Source: Adineta vaga (taxonomy: Eukaryota; Animalia; Rotifera). Taken from it: a DNA stretch of 64,000 nucleotides. A program made the position numbers and the translations under genes. Below the pieces are notes generated by a model that had not been told where the DNA came from, searched no databases, and saw only the letters and a list, made by a program, of their open reading frames with translations. Positions 1-16,100 of the stretch are shown piece after piece; position 1 is the stretch's first letter, and each line of letters begins with the position of its first letter. The stretch is taken from assembly GCA_021613535.1 (NCBI GenBank), contig CP075495.1, positions 11,036,001 through 11,100,000 on the forward strand, given 5' to 3'.

Positions 1-724
1 TAATTAATATCAATGATCCATATTGAATTGAATGTATTGATGAAAAAGACCGATTAGTTAGAAACAAGGACTCAAGACAGTAAAATTCTTAAAAGTGATG
101 AATGCTATCATCTTCCGAAGCGAAATATGCATGTTTTATCTTTCATGACTTATTGTGTGTATACTGAACAGTTAGTAGAACAGTATCTGTTGTTGATTTA
201 TATACATTTATAGTTACACCTCCAACTGCTAGCAATGAGCCTATTTTTTCTATTTAGTGTGCCTAGAATTGAATAATGTTACTTGAAAAAGCAAATGAAA
301 TCTATATAGGTTAGCCATATTGTTTCAATCGAGTTTATCATTAATTCGTTTCTTTATTGTGTCTATAAGTGATAATATATACATGTATCATCTGTTTAGT
401 TTCGTGTGTGTCATTAGATATTACGATAAAAATTATCTTTACAAAATGTACTTGAACGTGTTTTAGAAAAGTAAAACAATGCTAAGAAAGATATTTTAGT
501 AGAGAAACTTGATATAAAGAAGAGTTTTCTTTAACTTTTCAAAATGAATCAAGTGATAATTTCAAGTGCATATTACATTAACCATATTGATTCTTTTCTC
601 AACCTCTTTCTCGATGTATGTTTAACACACTTATTCCTATTGGTACATATTTTGGCCATAAGAAAATAAATTCATTGAATTCTTCAATCCGTCCGATTTG
701 AAATAGAGTCTTCTTCATCTATAA

Positions 725-3532
<2,808 letters not shown>

Positions 3533-3657
3533 ACAAATATCTTTACTTTTGTTTATCTGTATATGAATAGTCTATTTACTTTTCAAGAGCAATGTCAGAT
3601 AAATGAGAAGTTAATTCGATAGAAAACGAATTCAAATCTTTTTTCTCAATATTTCAG

Positions 3658-4821
3658 ATGCCTTTAGCAATGAATTTTGATTTGCTAACAAATTCAAAGC
3701 AACATGATAGATGTGAACATCTACATGATTATGGAACAAATCTGGACAAAACAATACCGAAATCACCATTATCAAACGGTACTAATCGACAAACAACATC
3801 TCTACTTTCATCACCTCCACCACCACCACCTGTAAAACCACGTTTACGTTCAACATCGAATCGTGTAATACGTAAAATAGATTTACAACAACTTAATCGT
3901 TGTTCTCAAACATGCCATTTTGCTTTACCACATGTTGAAAATGAAAAATGGTTAGCAATAGCATCATCGAATGAGTATATGCTAGTAGGTGGTGGAAGTT
4001 CAAGTACATTGCGACTGTTTGATTTTCAAGGGAAAGAAATACGTCAGATCAATATAAAAACATTTGCTGCATTTGATATAGCATGGTCAAATTCTCTGAA
4101 AGTATTTTTAATTGCTGGCTATGATAGTTTACAAATGTACAATGTCGAAAAAGATCAATTAACATCAGTAGAAGATATCAATTTCAGTAATAAAAAAGAT
4201 AATTATTTTTGGTCAATTGCTTGTCATAAGTGAGTGTTTTGTTTGTTTTTCTTTCATTTTGACGTCAATAATTCTATTTTATTAAGTAATGATTTATTTG
4301 TTGTACTTTCCGATGGTTTGGAATCTATATGGCGTTTATCATTACCAACATTTGAACGAAAACAAACATTATCTGGCAGTGAAATTCGTGAAAGTGATGT
4401 TGATGATCGAATATCTTGTATACGTACAAATGGTCATTTAATTGGTATGACATTTCGACAACGTACTACATATCAATGGCGTGTAGATTTATTCGATTAT
4501 GTAACAATGACTCGGACACATCGTGGTTTAACTATTGGTTGTGGTAATGGATCATTTAATTTTATTGAACGTTGTATGTTAACACCTGTTGATGATCATC
4601 AATGGCTTATTATCGGTGGACTGGAAGTAAAACCGAATGCTTTAACATTGATGGATGATCGAACAGGTGAAATCAAACAAGTCTTACGGTCAACCAATCG
4701 ACAAGAAGAATTTATATCAAATATTTGTACGAGTGAAAATAGTAAACGACAATTGATCATCAGTATGATGATCATCGATAATAAAACTGATCAACGTCAG
4801 ATACATATTTTCCATCAGTAA
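3658..4821 (+). CDS. Uncharacterised protein: Pro-rich N-terminus plus probable beta-propeller (WD40/YVTN-like), 2 exons
   Basis: ORFs 3658-4233 and 4234-4821 join through a gtgagt...ttaag intron (about 4230-4286). Strand-like repeats include LRLFDFQG, FDIAWS, YFWSIAC and WRVDLFD. Confidence 0.7.
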
Positions 4822-5151
4822 GCTTTAGATTAGATTAGTTTAATTTTTGTTACTGTTGTTTGTTATAATTACCGTTTTATCCCGTTATATATTTTCTTAC
4901 TAGATATTATTTAATAAAAAACGACGAAGTTATTCATTGATTATCGAATTCCTAAAATCAATCATTTTCTTTTCTATACTGTTCTTAAAAACATTGCTAA
5001 AATATCAAATTTGCATATAGACATGACTATTTCCTTTTTGAATTAGAATATGAATCATTCTGTTTATAAACGGAGGTTCGTTATGCATCAATAGATTCCT
5101 AGTAATGTATCTTTTGTATAACGTATACACATATCATTTTCATTGTGTATC

Positions 5152-5640
5152 ATGGGTGACAAGGATCAACAACATGAATTAAGTGCTGATCGTCGTACTG
5201 AATATGAAGAAGCATTTATTTTATTTGATAAAGATTGTGATGGTTTAATCAATTGTTCTGAATTACCATTAGTATTACGAAGTCTTGGTCAATCCATTAT
5301 GGATAATGAAGTTTCAGGTGTCCTTCGAGAAGCCAATCTTGATCCACGTGGTAAATTTACATCATTAGATTTCATTAATTTAATGGAACGACGTGCTAAT
5401 GCACTTGGTAGTGATACATTTGGAAGCGAACAAGATGTTCGAGATGCATTTCGTATGGTACTTGATCCTAAAGGTACAGGTATTGTTCCTGCTGATGATA
5501 TTATGAATCTTTTACAAGTATTTGGAGATGGTGGAAATTTATCACAGCAACAAATCTGGGAATTATTAGGTACAGCTGATCGAAATAATACAGGACAAGT
5601 GAATTATGAAGAACTTATTAAAGCGTTAACTTCTAGTTAA
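5152..5640 (+). CDS. Calmodulin-like / myosin-light-chain-like four-EF-hand protein, intronless
   Basis: EEAFILFDKDCDGLINCSEL (EF1), VLRSLGQ, DVRDAFRMVLDPKGTG, ADRNNTGQVNYEE (EF4). TATAAA at about 5066 and AATAAA at about 5650. Confidence 0.88.
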   Translation: MGDKDQQHELSADRRTEYEEAFILFDKDCDGLINCSELPLVLRSLGQSIMDNEVSGVLREANLDPRGKFTSLDFINLMERRANALGSDTFGSEQDVRDAFRMVLDPKGTGIVPADDIMNLLQVFGDGGNLSQQQIWELLGTADRNNTGQVNYEELIKALTSS

Positions 5641-5771
5641 AAGTTTTGAAATAAAAGCATGTTTAATCTACTTGATAGACTTATTTAGAATTAAAACTCA
5701 TAATTTATGTGAATAGAATTTTATTTGATAAACGAAAAAAAAATTATTTTCAAAATTCTTTGATCTATAAT

Positions 5772-6368
5772 TTAATGCTCAATAATACCGATATCTTCAT
5801 TCCAAATTGAAGGATTTTTTTTGATAAAATCTTCAAGAAGTTCTTGACATTCTTTTGAATTCAATACTTCAACTTCTACATGATCAGCTCGAAGTATTGC
5901 TTCATCTCCACAAAATGTCTTATTTTCTCCAACAACGACACGTGGAATTCCATAAAGACGAGCTGTACCTGAACACATTGAACATGGAGACAACGTTGTA
6001 TAAAGTGTACATTCTTTATAGAAAGCTGCTGTTTGTCGACCGATTGATTCTAGACAATCCATTTCTGCATGTAAGATTGCTGAATTACGTTGAATACGTC
6101 GATTATGTCCACGAGCAACTATTTGACCGTTTCGAACGAGAACACTACCAATTGGTATACCACCTTCAGCAACACCAGCGCGAGCTTCAGCTAGTGCTTC
6201 AGCAATAAATGGTGCATGAGTAGCAGGTGATACATGTGAAAGTGAAATTGTTTCTTCAACTACTGGACGTCGTTGTACGATATTTGAATTAGCACGAGAT
6301 GTTTTTCGAGTAGTTATGACTGAGTTTTCTTCAACAGGTGAAGATCCGACAAAGAGTGCATTAGCCAT
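5772..6368 (-). CDS. Cytosine deaminase, Fcy1-like / bacterial CDA-fold type, with about 50-aa N-terminal extension; HGT candidate
   Basis: EGGIPIGSVL, RGHNRR, HAE, LYTTLSPCSMC, LYGIPRVVVGEN and the C-terminal WNEDIG signature; intronless. Confidence 0.92.
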   Translation of the reverse strand: MANALFVGSSPVEENSVITTRKTSRANSNIVQRRPVVEETISLSHVSPATHAPFIAEALAEARAGVAEGGIPIGSVLVRNGQIVARGHNRRIQRNSAILHAEMDCLESIGRQTAAFYKECTLYTTLSPCSMCSGTARLYGIPRVVVGENKTFCGDEAILRADHVEVEVLNSKECQELLEDFIKKNPSIWNEDIGIIEH

Positions 6369-7042
6369 GGTTTTTATGTTTGAGAAATAAAGTGATGAAT
6401 AGATAGACTAGATTTTATATTATTTTTATCTTTATGTAAATAGATAAAAGAAACGAATACATCGTAGATGCATTCTAACCAATAGATATCTTATCATCTA
6501 TTGTATTCTGACAAATAGATGTGCATGTATATCAATCGGTATCAATGCAACGATGTCCGTTGACGATCATTTTTTTTTTCATTTAAATTGTTTTTCTTTC
6601 TGTTAATGTAAAAAAAACATCAAGTGCTTCAAAAGCATGCCGTACTGTCTACCTCCATAAAGTAGCTATAGATTATTTGATTATCATCTGGAAAGTATTT
6701 CTAAAATGAAGTGGGAATCACGAACATTTTCTCACAAATTTGGTCCATTTAGAAAGCAAAAGATGCAAATCTTCTTTCCGTTGTTAATAAGTATTCAAAT
6801 TCATCATTAACATTCCTTTCTACTTGTTAAATTTATATTAAATGTGAAAGAAAAAGAATAGTAAATGAGCGAATAAAAAACAGTTTTTTCTTCTGATTAT
6901 TTACTTTAGTCGATTGTTGCCGAGAGAATGCAAAAAGCAATCAGAGTGAAAGAATATACATGTTTCTCGATGAGAATGTTATAATGAAATAGTAAGTATA
7001 GGTAATGTTTTTAAAATAACTAAGAACAAGTGATATATTTCT

Positions 7043-8681
7043 ATGATGAACGGTAAGATATTTAATAGCAAAAAATGTATGACATCAAGAAAAGAATAAA
7101 CGTATGTTGATATAGAAAAAACGATACATCGAGTACCTTCAACAGGGAATGAAACAAGTCAACCACAAATGGCTTCTGTAGTTGATGAGAAAAAACGAAA
7201 AGTAGTAGTGATTGGAGAAGAACATGGATTAGATGAATTAGTATGTAAAATGAACCAAATTTATTGAACTTTTTCTCTATTTCAATCTTATTTTTGAATG
7301 GATTTTTTGTTTTAGCAAGGAGATATTACAGCATCAACTGTTGTTGATGAAGAAGAGAACCTTCTTACTGCTGAAAAAATCAAGGTTATCAAAAATAAAC
7401 ATATTTAACATAGATTAACAATAATCAATTGACATATTTCAGGAATTTTTTGAAGCAACTGAAGAAGGTTCAATCGAACGATTAGATGAATTATTCGATA
7501 AAACACCACATTCTGATCCAAATATGACACGAGTAAGCAAAGAAATGTGAAATTCATTGATGTTTTAAAATAGATCATCTGTTTTATTCAGTTTACGGAA
7601 TCACTTTTGATGGCAGCTATTCGTGCTAAACAACAAAAAGTAGCGGAATATTTAATCGATCAATTAGCAATTAATACAGATCATAAAATTGAACTATTAG
7701 AATTTAATACATGTGCAAGAATACCTATTCGTGAACGTAAAATATCATCACGAGATTTAGCGTATGATGAAGGTATGATGAATCTTGTGGATTTAATTGA
7801 TATAGCAAGTAAAGAAATTAAACCATGTACTAAACGATTTTTACAACGAAGAATGCAAACATCGTTAGATGAAATTCATCAAGCTTATTTAAAACGTATG
7901 GAACAACGTAAAATACATTTAATTAAACATACAGTTTTAAAGGAATCCGAAGAAGTACCGACTATTGATGTGAAGGATAATATTGAATTGCCGTTATTAA
8001 CAACATCTCCTCCATCACCGTCACGAGAAACACCACCACCACCACCACCACCTCCTCCGCCGGTTCTTGATCGTTCTTGTAAATCATATATTGAAGAAAC
8101 ACTTCATAGTATTCAATCATCAAATGAAAAATCAATTGATGAAACCGGTAAAAAATACTTTCGATTTTCTGGCTATACTGTTCGTTATCGTATCGTTGAT
8201 GCAATTAATCCAAATCAACAAATAAAACGTCAAACACATGCAAAAAAAACACGACTTTCTTTTCCAACGATTCTTCCTCAAACCAACTCACAATTATCAC
8301 CCTCAACACTTTCAACATCGAGAACATTACCAACTACATCGAATCTGAATTCTCGTTCATTCAATAATATGAATACACAAGTACCAATACGAGAAACACG
8401 AACATCAATATGTCGATCTGCTTTACATCGAAAAACACCACGTTTACTAACGACAAACAATTCTGAATCTAATTCAGAGATAAAACCTACATGTATCCAT
8501 GAATACAATTCCTCGATTTGAATTACCAAAACGAATCCCACGAATCAATACAAATTATGATTATATTTCTCAATCAACACTACCACTGGCAGTGTACAAG
8601 GAACCAGATCACTTCATACCTGTAACATTAAAATCGACTGCTTTTGGTTTACCATCGGATAAATTGATAATTCGAGATTAA
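7043..8681 (+). CDS. Ankyrin-repeat-like protein with Pro/Ser/Thr-rich tail; probable frameshift near 8481-8486
   Basis: ATG 7043 followed by four in-frame GT-AG introns. FFEATEEGSIERLDELF...DPNM...SLLMAAIRAKQQKVAEYLI resembles ankyrin repeats. The main frame stops at 8521 and an overlapping frame continues to 8681. Confidence 0.65.
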
Positions 8682-8961
8682 TGACAAATCTTTGTTTTCT
8701 AAGTACAGTCATTTTCTGTATAACTATTGAAATATCAACAAACTCATCATTACTCAGAAATCGAAATGAAGGAATATAGCATCAGTGCAAGAAGTATAAT
8801 CAACAACAAGACATAGAGTACAAGATTAAGAATTTTCAATTCGTTAACATTGTTTGAATCACATATATATTCATTCCCTACTTATAAACTAAGAATAACT
8901 ATTTTTCTTCGTTTTCAAAAAATTAAATACAATAAAAAAATGAAAATCTAGTTTCTCGTTT

Positions 8962-11900
8962 CTAAGATAGTAGTAACATTTGATAAGATTGACTTTTCGG
9001 ATCAATAATTAATTGATGTGTATGATATTTAAGTAATTGATGACGATGTGAAATTGATATATATCGAATATTACTGTTTTGCAAATATTCATAAATAATC
9101 TTTTCTGTCGTTTCATCACATCCAGCTGTTGTTTCATCTAAAATGAAGTATTTTATCAATTGATCGTTCATATTAATCTCATTATTGGATTTTAATAATG
9201 TAACAAGTGCAATAACAATAATGAGACGTTGTTGTTCACCAAGTGATAATGTTCGAGACCATATTTGTTTTGATAAATCTAATGTATATCGATCAATTAG
9301 ATGCATTAAATTGAATTTAATTAATAAATCTTTTAAATCAGAATCATTTTCATATGTTGACATACGTTTTGCTTGTCGAAAATAATTCAATTGTTCTCGT
9401 AGTGTACCTTCAATTAGATGAACTTGTTGTGGAATGAATATAGTTGCTGAACGTGAAGGAAAATAAATCGATGAATTATCTGTTAGATTGTATTGAAGAC
9501 CAGCAAGTAAACGTAAAAGTGAAGATTTACCACAACCAGATGGCCCAGTAATGATTAATGATGAAGAAGAATGAAGTGAGAAAGATAATGCTCGAATTAG
9601 AATAGATGAAGGATTTGTTGGAAGAGAGACATTGACATTATTTAATGTAAGTAATATTTGTTGATTATTGTTATTAGGATTAATTTCAATACGTCGTCCA
9701 GATAGTATCTCTGATAACCGGGTTTCATAATGTAATTCACGTAATCGTATCATTTGTTCTAAAATAAAATAAATAGGAATAAAATAATTTCTATTGGAAA
9801 AAAATGAAAATTTCTGATTATGATATGTCTAGTTTTTAGATTTCCTCTTATTACGAAATAGCATCTTCATAACAGAATTATTGTTAAGTAAGTTAAATTT
9901 ACCTAAATTTTGAGCAATTCTTCTTCCTATTGTTAACACTTGTGAGAATGGTTGACCATGTGAATTAAATACGGCTAAATTTCCTTGCAAATATCCTGTA
10001 TAGACAGTTAATGCAATAATAGATGATGCATCTGTTGGTAGAGCATTTGATGTTAAATGAAAAAATATCAATGATGGAATACCATAATTAATGATTGTAC
10101 TTGACCAATTACCCAGAATACTACAAGCAACTAATAAACCATAGAAACAACCTGAACGTTGTTGTTCATGTATATTAGCATCTAATTTTGATTGTAATTG
10201 TGTTTGTTCAATATCTATAACACCACGATCACTTAAAGCAATTTGTTCAGCTTGTAAATCAATTCGTTTTTGTGCATTGGCAAAGAGAGTAAAACTATTT
10301 TCAAATCGAATATTTGCACGAAAATAAGGTTGAATAGCAAGTATGATTAATAGAGAACTAAATAATTGATAACCATAGACAATCAATACACCTTTCATAC
10401 TTCCACTTTGTTGAACAAGTAAAAGAGTATAAGGAATACATTTAACGAGAACACCTAGAATATACAAAACAAAATGGAATGTTTTTCTAGAGACATACAA
10501 GTAGCATTGATGAATTTACCAAGTATTCCATTATAATAAATCGAACCGATTAATAAATAGAATAATTGAACATTTAACTCAGCTAATTCATGTGAAATAA
10601 TATTCGGTAACATTTTCAATGTTGATGTATGATATAATGTCGAATGATTTTCATCATCATCGAGTAGAAGTCGAGCTATATATCGAGATTGTCGACGAGT
10701 ATAAAGTGCACTTAGATATTGTCCGAGAGCTAATTGTATACTATAGAGTAGTGATAAACCAATAATATGTAATAATAATTGCCATACTAGATGTTTGATT
10801 TGTGCACGCCCTTGATTTATGTCTATTGTCGATGCAGCATAATCAGGAAGAATTTTAAATATAGCACCAGTTTGAACAGTTAAACGATAGGATATGTAGG
10901 TGTAACATCCAAGAATGATTAAACAAAAACACCATGTAGCGTATGTCTATAAAGAAAAATGAACAGTTTAGTAAATGATATTAAAAGAGATTTGTGATTA
11001 ATCATACCTGAATTCGAAATGATTTATCATCTGATGCAAATGGTAAATGTAGTATTTTCCAAATATCACGAATATCTTTTATAAAATTATTCGATTTTTT
11101 TATTGCTATGTAACCTGTCGACGAATTATGTCCCATAACATTCAATAATTGTGTTTCAGGTACACTATTATCATTTATAGTTTCGGCTGTCATATCTTGA
11201 TTAACCGGTCTATCAACCATCTTTTCTGCGTCATCATTTAAACTAAGCAGATTTTCTTCATCAGTTGTATTTGGAAGATAAAGTTTCAATTCTTTATGAT
11301 GATGTTTAATCAATGAAAGACGATGTGATATCGTTACAAACCAAATATGTAGATCATTCAATGTTTGATATATAATTGCTTCAATTTTCGTATCCAGAGC
11401 TGATGTACTCTCATCAAACATTACTAATGTACTCATAATTGTCTCAGGATGATACTTGAACAATGCAAAAAGACGAATAAATGCTAGACGTTGTTGTTCA
11501 CCAATAGATAGATGTGTTGTCCAATCGACGATCTTAAACAATGAAAAAAAGAAATATTATACAATAATCTTTGACGTTTCATCTTGTTTCTTTTTCTCTT
11601 TACAGTATCGAGATCGTATCGATCAAGTAAATAATCCATATGAACTGTTTTAAATAAATCACGTATTTGTTCATCATCAACATTTGTTGCCGAACGATTA
11701 TCCAGTAAAAATAAAGTTTGAAATCGTAATGAACCTATGGGTAAATAAGGTCGTTGAGGAATATAAATAGTTTGTTTTCGTTCTGGTAATCGAACAATTT
11801 CAGCATCAATTGGCCATAGACCAGCACAAACACGAAAAAGACTGGTTTTTCCACAACCTGTTGGACCATTGATTAGAACACATTCACCACGTCGAGCATA

Positions 11901-13383
11901 TAAATTAATATTTGATTGTAAAGTTCGTTGTTCATATTCATCAGGAACAGTAATACGTAATTTAACTAATTCGATCAGATCCGATGATTCGAATTTAATT
12001 CGATTGACTTCATCTTGAGCTATTCGACGTGAATGCAATGATTGTAAACGTAATAAACGTTGTCTCAGATTCCATAAACGATCTCCTAATGTCAGAGCAA
12101 TTAAGCATGATTCACTAATCCACATTAATGAACTAAGTAACCAAAAAACATAACCATAAAAAGCAATAATACTGAGATATTTCGTAGCATCTTCTGGTGT
12201 TTGTTGTTGGACATTTCGAAGAAAGAAAAAAAGAATTGCTGGTAATATATATGTAATAAAACCACCCATTGCATCTAAATGAGAAATGAAAATTTAGTGA
12301 AAGCGATTAGGAAAATTATTTCTTTGTATACAGTTTCTTTTCAAATATTATCTTTATTCTATCTATGAATCTTTACTTACCCATAACAATTAATGGAATA
12401 TTCACACAAGCATACCATATTGCTGCTTGAACATTCCATTTATGTACGATTTGATTTAAATTCAAATAAGAAACTAATTCACAATATCGTGAACTTGCAT
12501 AGAATGCAACACATTCAGCATTTGTTTGTAAACGTTGTAAAAATGATCGAATCAAACCTTTTGATTTTAATTGTTCAACAGCTGTTCGATTAAATCTATA
12601 ACTAATCGTAATTAAAAGTATCACACAAAAGATAAATCCACCAAAACATATAGCAATACCATTTTTATCACCATTAGTTTTTTGGACAATATAAATACTA
12701 AAAATAACAACAGCTGAACTAACAGCAATGAAACCAGAAAAGAATAATGAACCAAAAAATGTTATGCTTAAATGAGATGTAAATTGACGGATATCATTAG
12801 TTAAATGTGTTGGTAGATCATATGTTGATTGTTGAGCAGTTTCATACAAGAGACAACCATTTGGAGACCGAAAAATAATTTCATAAAATTGTTTACATAA
12901 ACGTTGTCGCCATAGAGCTGCCAAATTAACTGCACAGCCATTAATTAAACCAAAATTAATGGATATACATATAGTTTTTAATGCTGTTCGCCAAAATATT
13001 TGATCGAATTCATAACGTCCATTCTCGATAGTTGTTTTATTTGCAGAAACAGTTGTGAGCAATGTTAAATAACTGCCTGCATCATCGGTAATCATCCAGT
13101 ACAGATAACACCACAATCCAATAAATATGAGAAGAAATATATGAAGAAAAATATATTTTAATGTTTTAAATGGAATCGAACGAGAAGTTTCTCTTGAGGA
13201 TTGTTCAATATCGGATGGTGAAAGGTACAGAAGATTAAAACAATGCCACCATGATATTGGTGAGATTAATCGAGGTAAATATGATAATAATCGAGAGATT
13301 GAAAACGATCTAGGTGAATTATTGTTGGTATTCATTGATGAAACTAAAGTGGAGAGACGTGTATAACGGACTGTAGTATGCAT
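8962..13383 (-). CDS. Full-size (TMD-NBD-TMD-NBD) ABC transporter of the ABCD family, ABCD4-like
   Basis: NBD1: GPTGCGKTSLFRVCAGLWP, IPQRPYLPIGSLR, LSIGEQQRLAF, FDESTSALD, ISHR. NBD2: GPSGCGKSSLLRLLAGL, LSLGEQQR, ILDETTAGCD, ISHR. EAA-like NAECVAFY and QAEQIAL. The halves join in frame across short introns. Confidence 0.88.
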
Positions 13384-16100
13384 TTTGAAGATGATTTGAC
13401 AATGTGAATGAAAATAGAAAAATAAGTGAAAAGAAAAGAAGAAACAAATGCACATGCGATCCTCGTGACGAATTACAAGGAGGTTTTTTATTTTTATTAT
13501 GCAACCATATGTCTTGTGCACTCAGTAACTTCTACACTTTTGCTTTCCTGTCATTACGTCTGTTTCTATCGTAAATATATTCTTCGCTACTAGACAGAAG
13601 AGATGAAACTCAAGCAATAAATAAATTCTCTATTCATTCGAGTAAAGTCAACGGTTGCATAATTATTTATTGTCAACGAACTCACAGTTATTGCTGAAGA
13701 TTACCGATGTTGATTTGTATCTATCGACATCGAATACCTGTTTTCTATATAATGCTAGTGAAAGGTTATGATGATATGTCAATAATAATCGCTTTTTAGT
13801 ATCTATTCTGTGCTCTTTCTGTGTCAATGAGATCATAAAGTACGAATGGTAAGCGATAGTGGGTATAAATGACGCATTATTCATCACAATGAGAGACAAA
13901 AAGATCTCATTAGTGAAAAAATGAAGAAGAAGAAGAAGATCGATAGCTAAGGAAAATAAACGAATTAGATTAAAGACCAATAATTCTGTAAATATACTTT
14001 CAGAAGAGATCAACAAAACAATTTAATGTCTGATAGATAATTCATTCTATGTTGGTATTGTAATTTTACGAATATTTTCATTGTCTCAAAAAGAACAATA
14101 ATATCAGTAGATTTTTCAAAGTTTAATTTTAAATAGTTGTTTAAAAAGATACTTGAACAAAATTTGAGACTTACTCAAGATGTCAATATAACCTTATAGA
14201 TTACAACCATTTATCAATGTTTTCAAGCTTATGATGTACACTGCTATGATTAACGAATTCTTATTCTTATACAGATTACATGTGTGCAAAGGTTTTCAGT
14301 TAAAAGATAAGGATTGTACTCAATTAATGCATGACATAGCATTTATATCCTAAATGAATAAACTTTATTCTTATACTTAATTTGTACTCTATATGCATAC
14401 CATCACATACACTACTATAAAGTTTCTATGTTGATTTTACTTGCTAAGAGGTCATTGTGATCGTGATACACCGACAATTCGAATTTATCTATATTCGTTG
14501 CAGTAGATATTGCAAAATGTATTTTGTGTAGAACATATATGTATATTTATACGGCTTCAATAAATGAAGAAACACTTCATGATACGACTCTTTATTTATA
14601 AGAACAGTAATACAGAATAGAACATTGGCTATTACAAACTTTCATACTAATAATGAGCAGAATAATCGTATTTGTCCGACTTTTTCGAAAGATAATTTAT
14701 TCTTTTCAAATATTAGTGTGGCAAATGATTCCTTTCGATAGTAGACACCTCATATTAATCTGATTAACAATATATAATTCCTGCTACTTGAATTATGACA
14801 GGAAGAATATGGCTTGAAGTAGAATCATGTGTGAGCAGCACGTGAATGTAACACTTTTCTATACTAAAATCTATTGTCATACTGATCAAAAGATATAGAC
14901 ACTCTCTTTCTCTAGTTTTAACAATCCGAATCAAGTACTTTTATTCTTAGCAGCATGTTTTGCAACTATCTGAATATATTTTACAAAATAATAGATGTTG
15001 AAATAATTGTAATATTGATTTTATTACCAAATTGAATCATAGTGAAACTTAGAAACAAAAACAATAGATAAGACATAACTTACTAGGAACAACAGGATAT
15101 TCTGCCATTGAGATACTGTATAGAATCTATTACTTCGACACTGATATTCTTACAAAAAGAATATATGTACTGAATAATCTCTGGCTATTCTTACACATAC
15201 TCAAGTTACTTATATAACCATATTGATACGCAGGAGAACAGAAAACGACTGAATACGTGATGCAATTTATTGCAAAGAGATTATTAAAGATCAAAATGTA
15301 GATAGAAAACCGATTAGTGACAATGTTTCATACTGAACTGACTAATATGAAAAGAATTGAGAATTACATTTTAAGAGACAAACATTGATTAACATGTGAT
15401 TAAATCAAATATCTATCATTATTGCATGTTTTTCTTCATATCTTTTAAAACTGTAGAAAAAGAAACACTAAAGTTCATTAAATCATTGCATCTTTTTCTT
15501 TCAATAATTGATGACGAAGAATATTTAATTGTTTTGTTGTTCTAATTACATTCCATCAACTAAAGTATCCACTGAGATGATAACTTTGTTTATATTGAAA
15601 TACGTACGAGTTAATGCTACTTTTTTTTCTCAGATAGGTTCAATAACAGAGTGAGAGCGTCTTATAACCATTTAGGTAAACTAGTATTCATTTGACTAGA
15701 AAGAAAGATGATATCAAGATCTAGCTTTGAATTTCATCAACTTCTTATTGTAGAAATACAATTCGATCTTGTTTTTATTTTTATATATATTTCACGTTGT
15801 CATGCATTGTAAAAAGTATTTGAAATAACTTGGTCACGCTCATAAAAAAAAGATGTCTTTGAATACATCTTACATATACATGTTAAACAAAAGTTGCATT
15901 CTTCATTATTTTGTATACTACTCGCTTCATGCTTGTTTCTAATCTAACAAAATGGCATAAGAAGAAAAAACAAATTTCATCTCGATGTTTTATGTTCGTT
16001 TTCTTTTTTGTTTCTTATCAGTTTCATATAGTTGTTATCGTCTTGTTGTTTTTATATATCCCTCGTTTTTCTTTACTCATTTCATTTCAACCCAAATACC

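Noticed and set aside
5855-6208. 117-aa plus-strand ORF, and similar antisense ORFs at 30114-30494, 31923-32333 and 60595-60945
   Set aside because: They are antisense shadows of well-supported genes and have no recognisable motifs.
14450-14760. Possible decayed coding fragment with faint cadherin-like words (CDRDTP, SINEE, ICPTFSKD)
   Set aside because: Too short and interrupted to support without a translated search.
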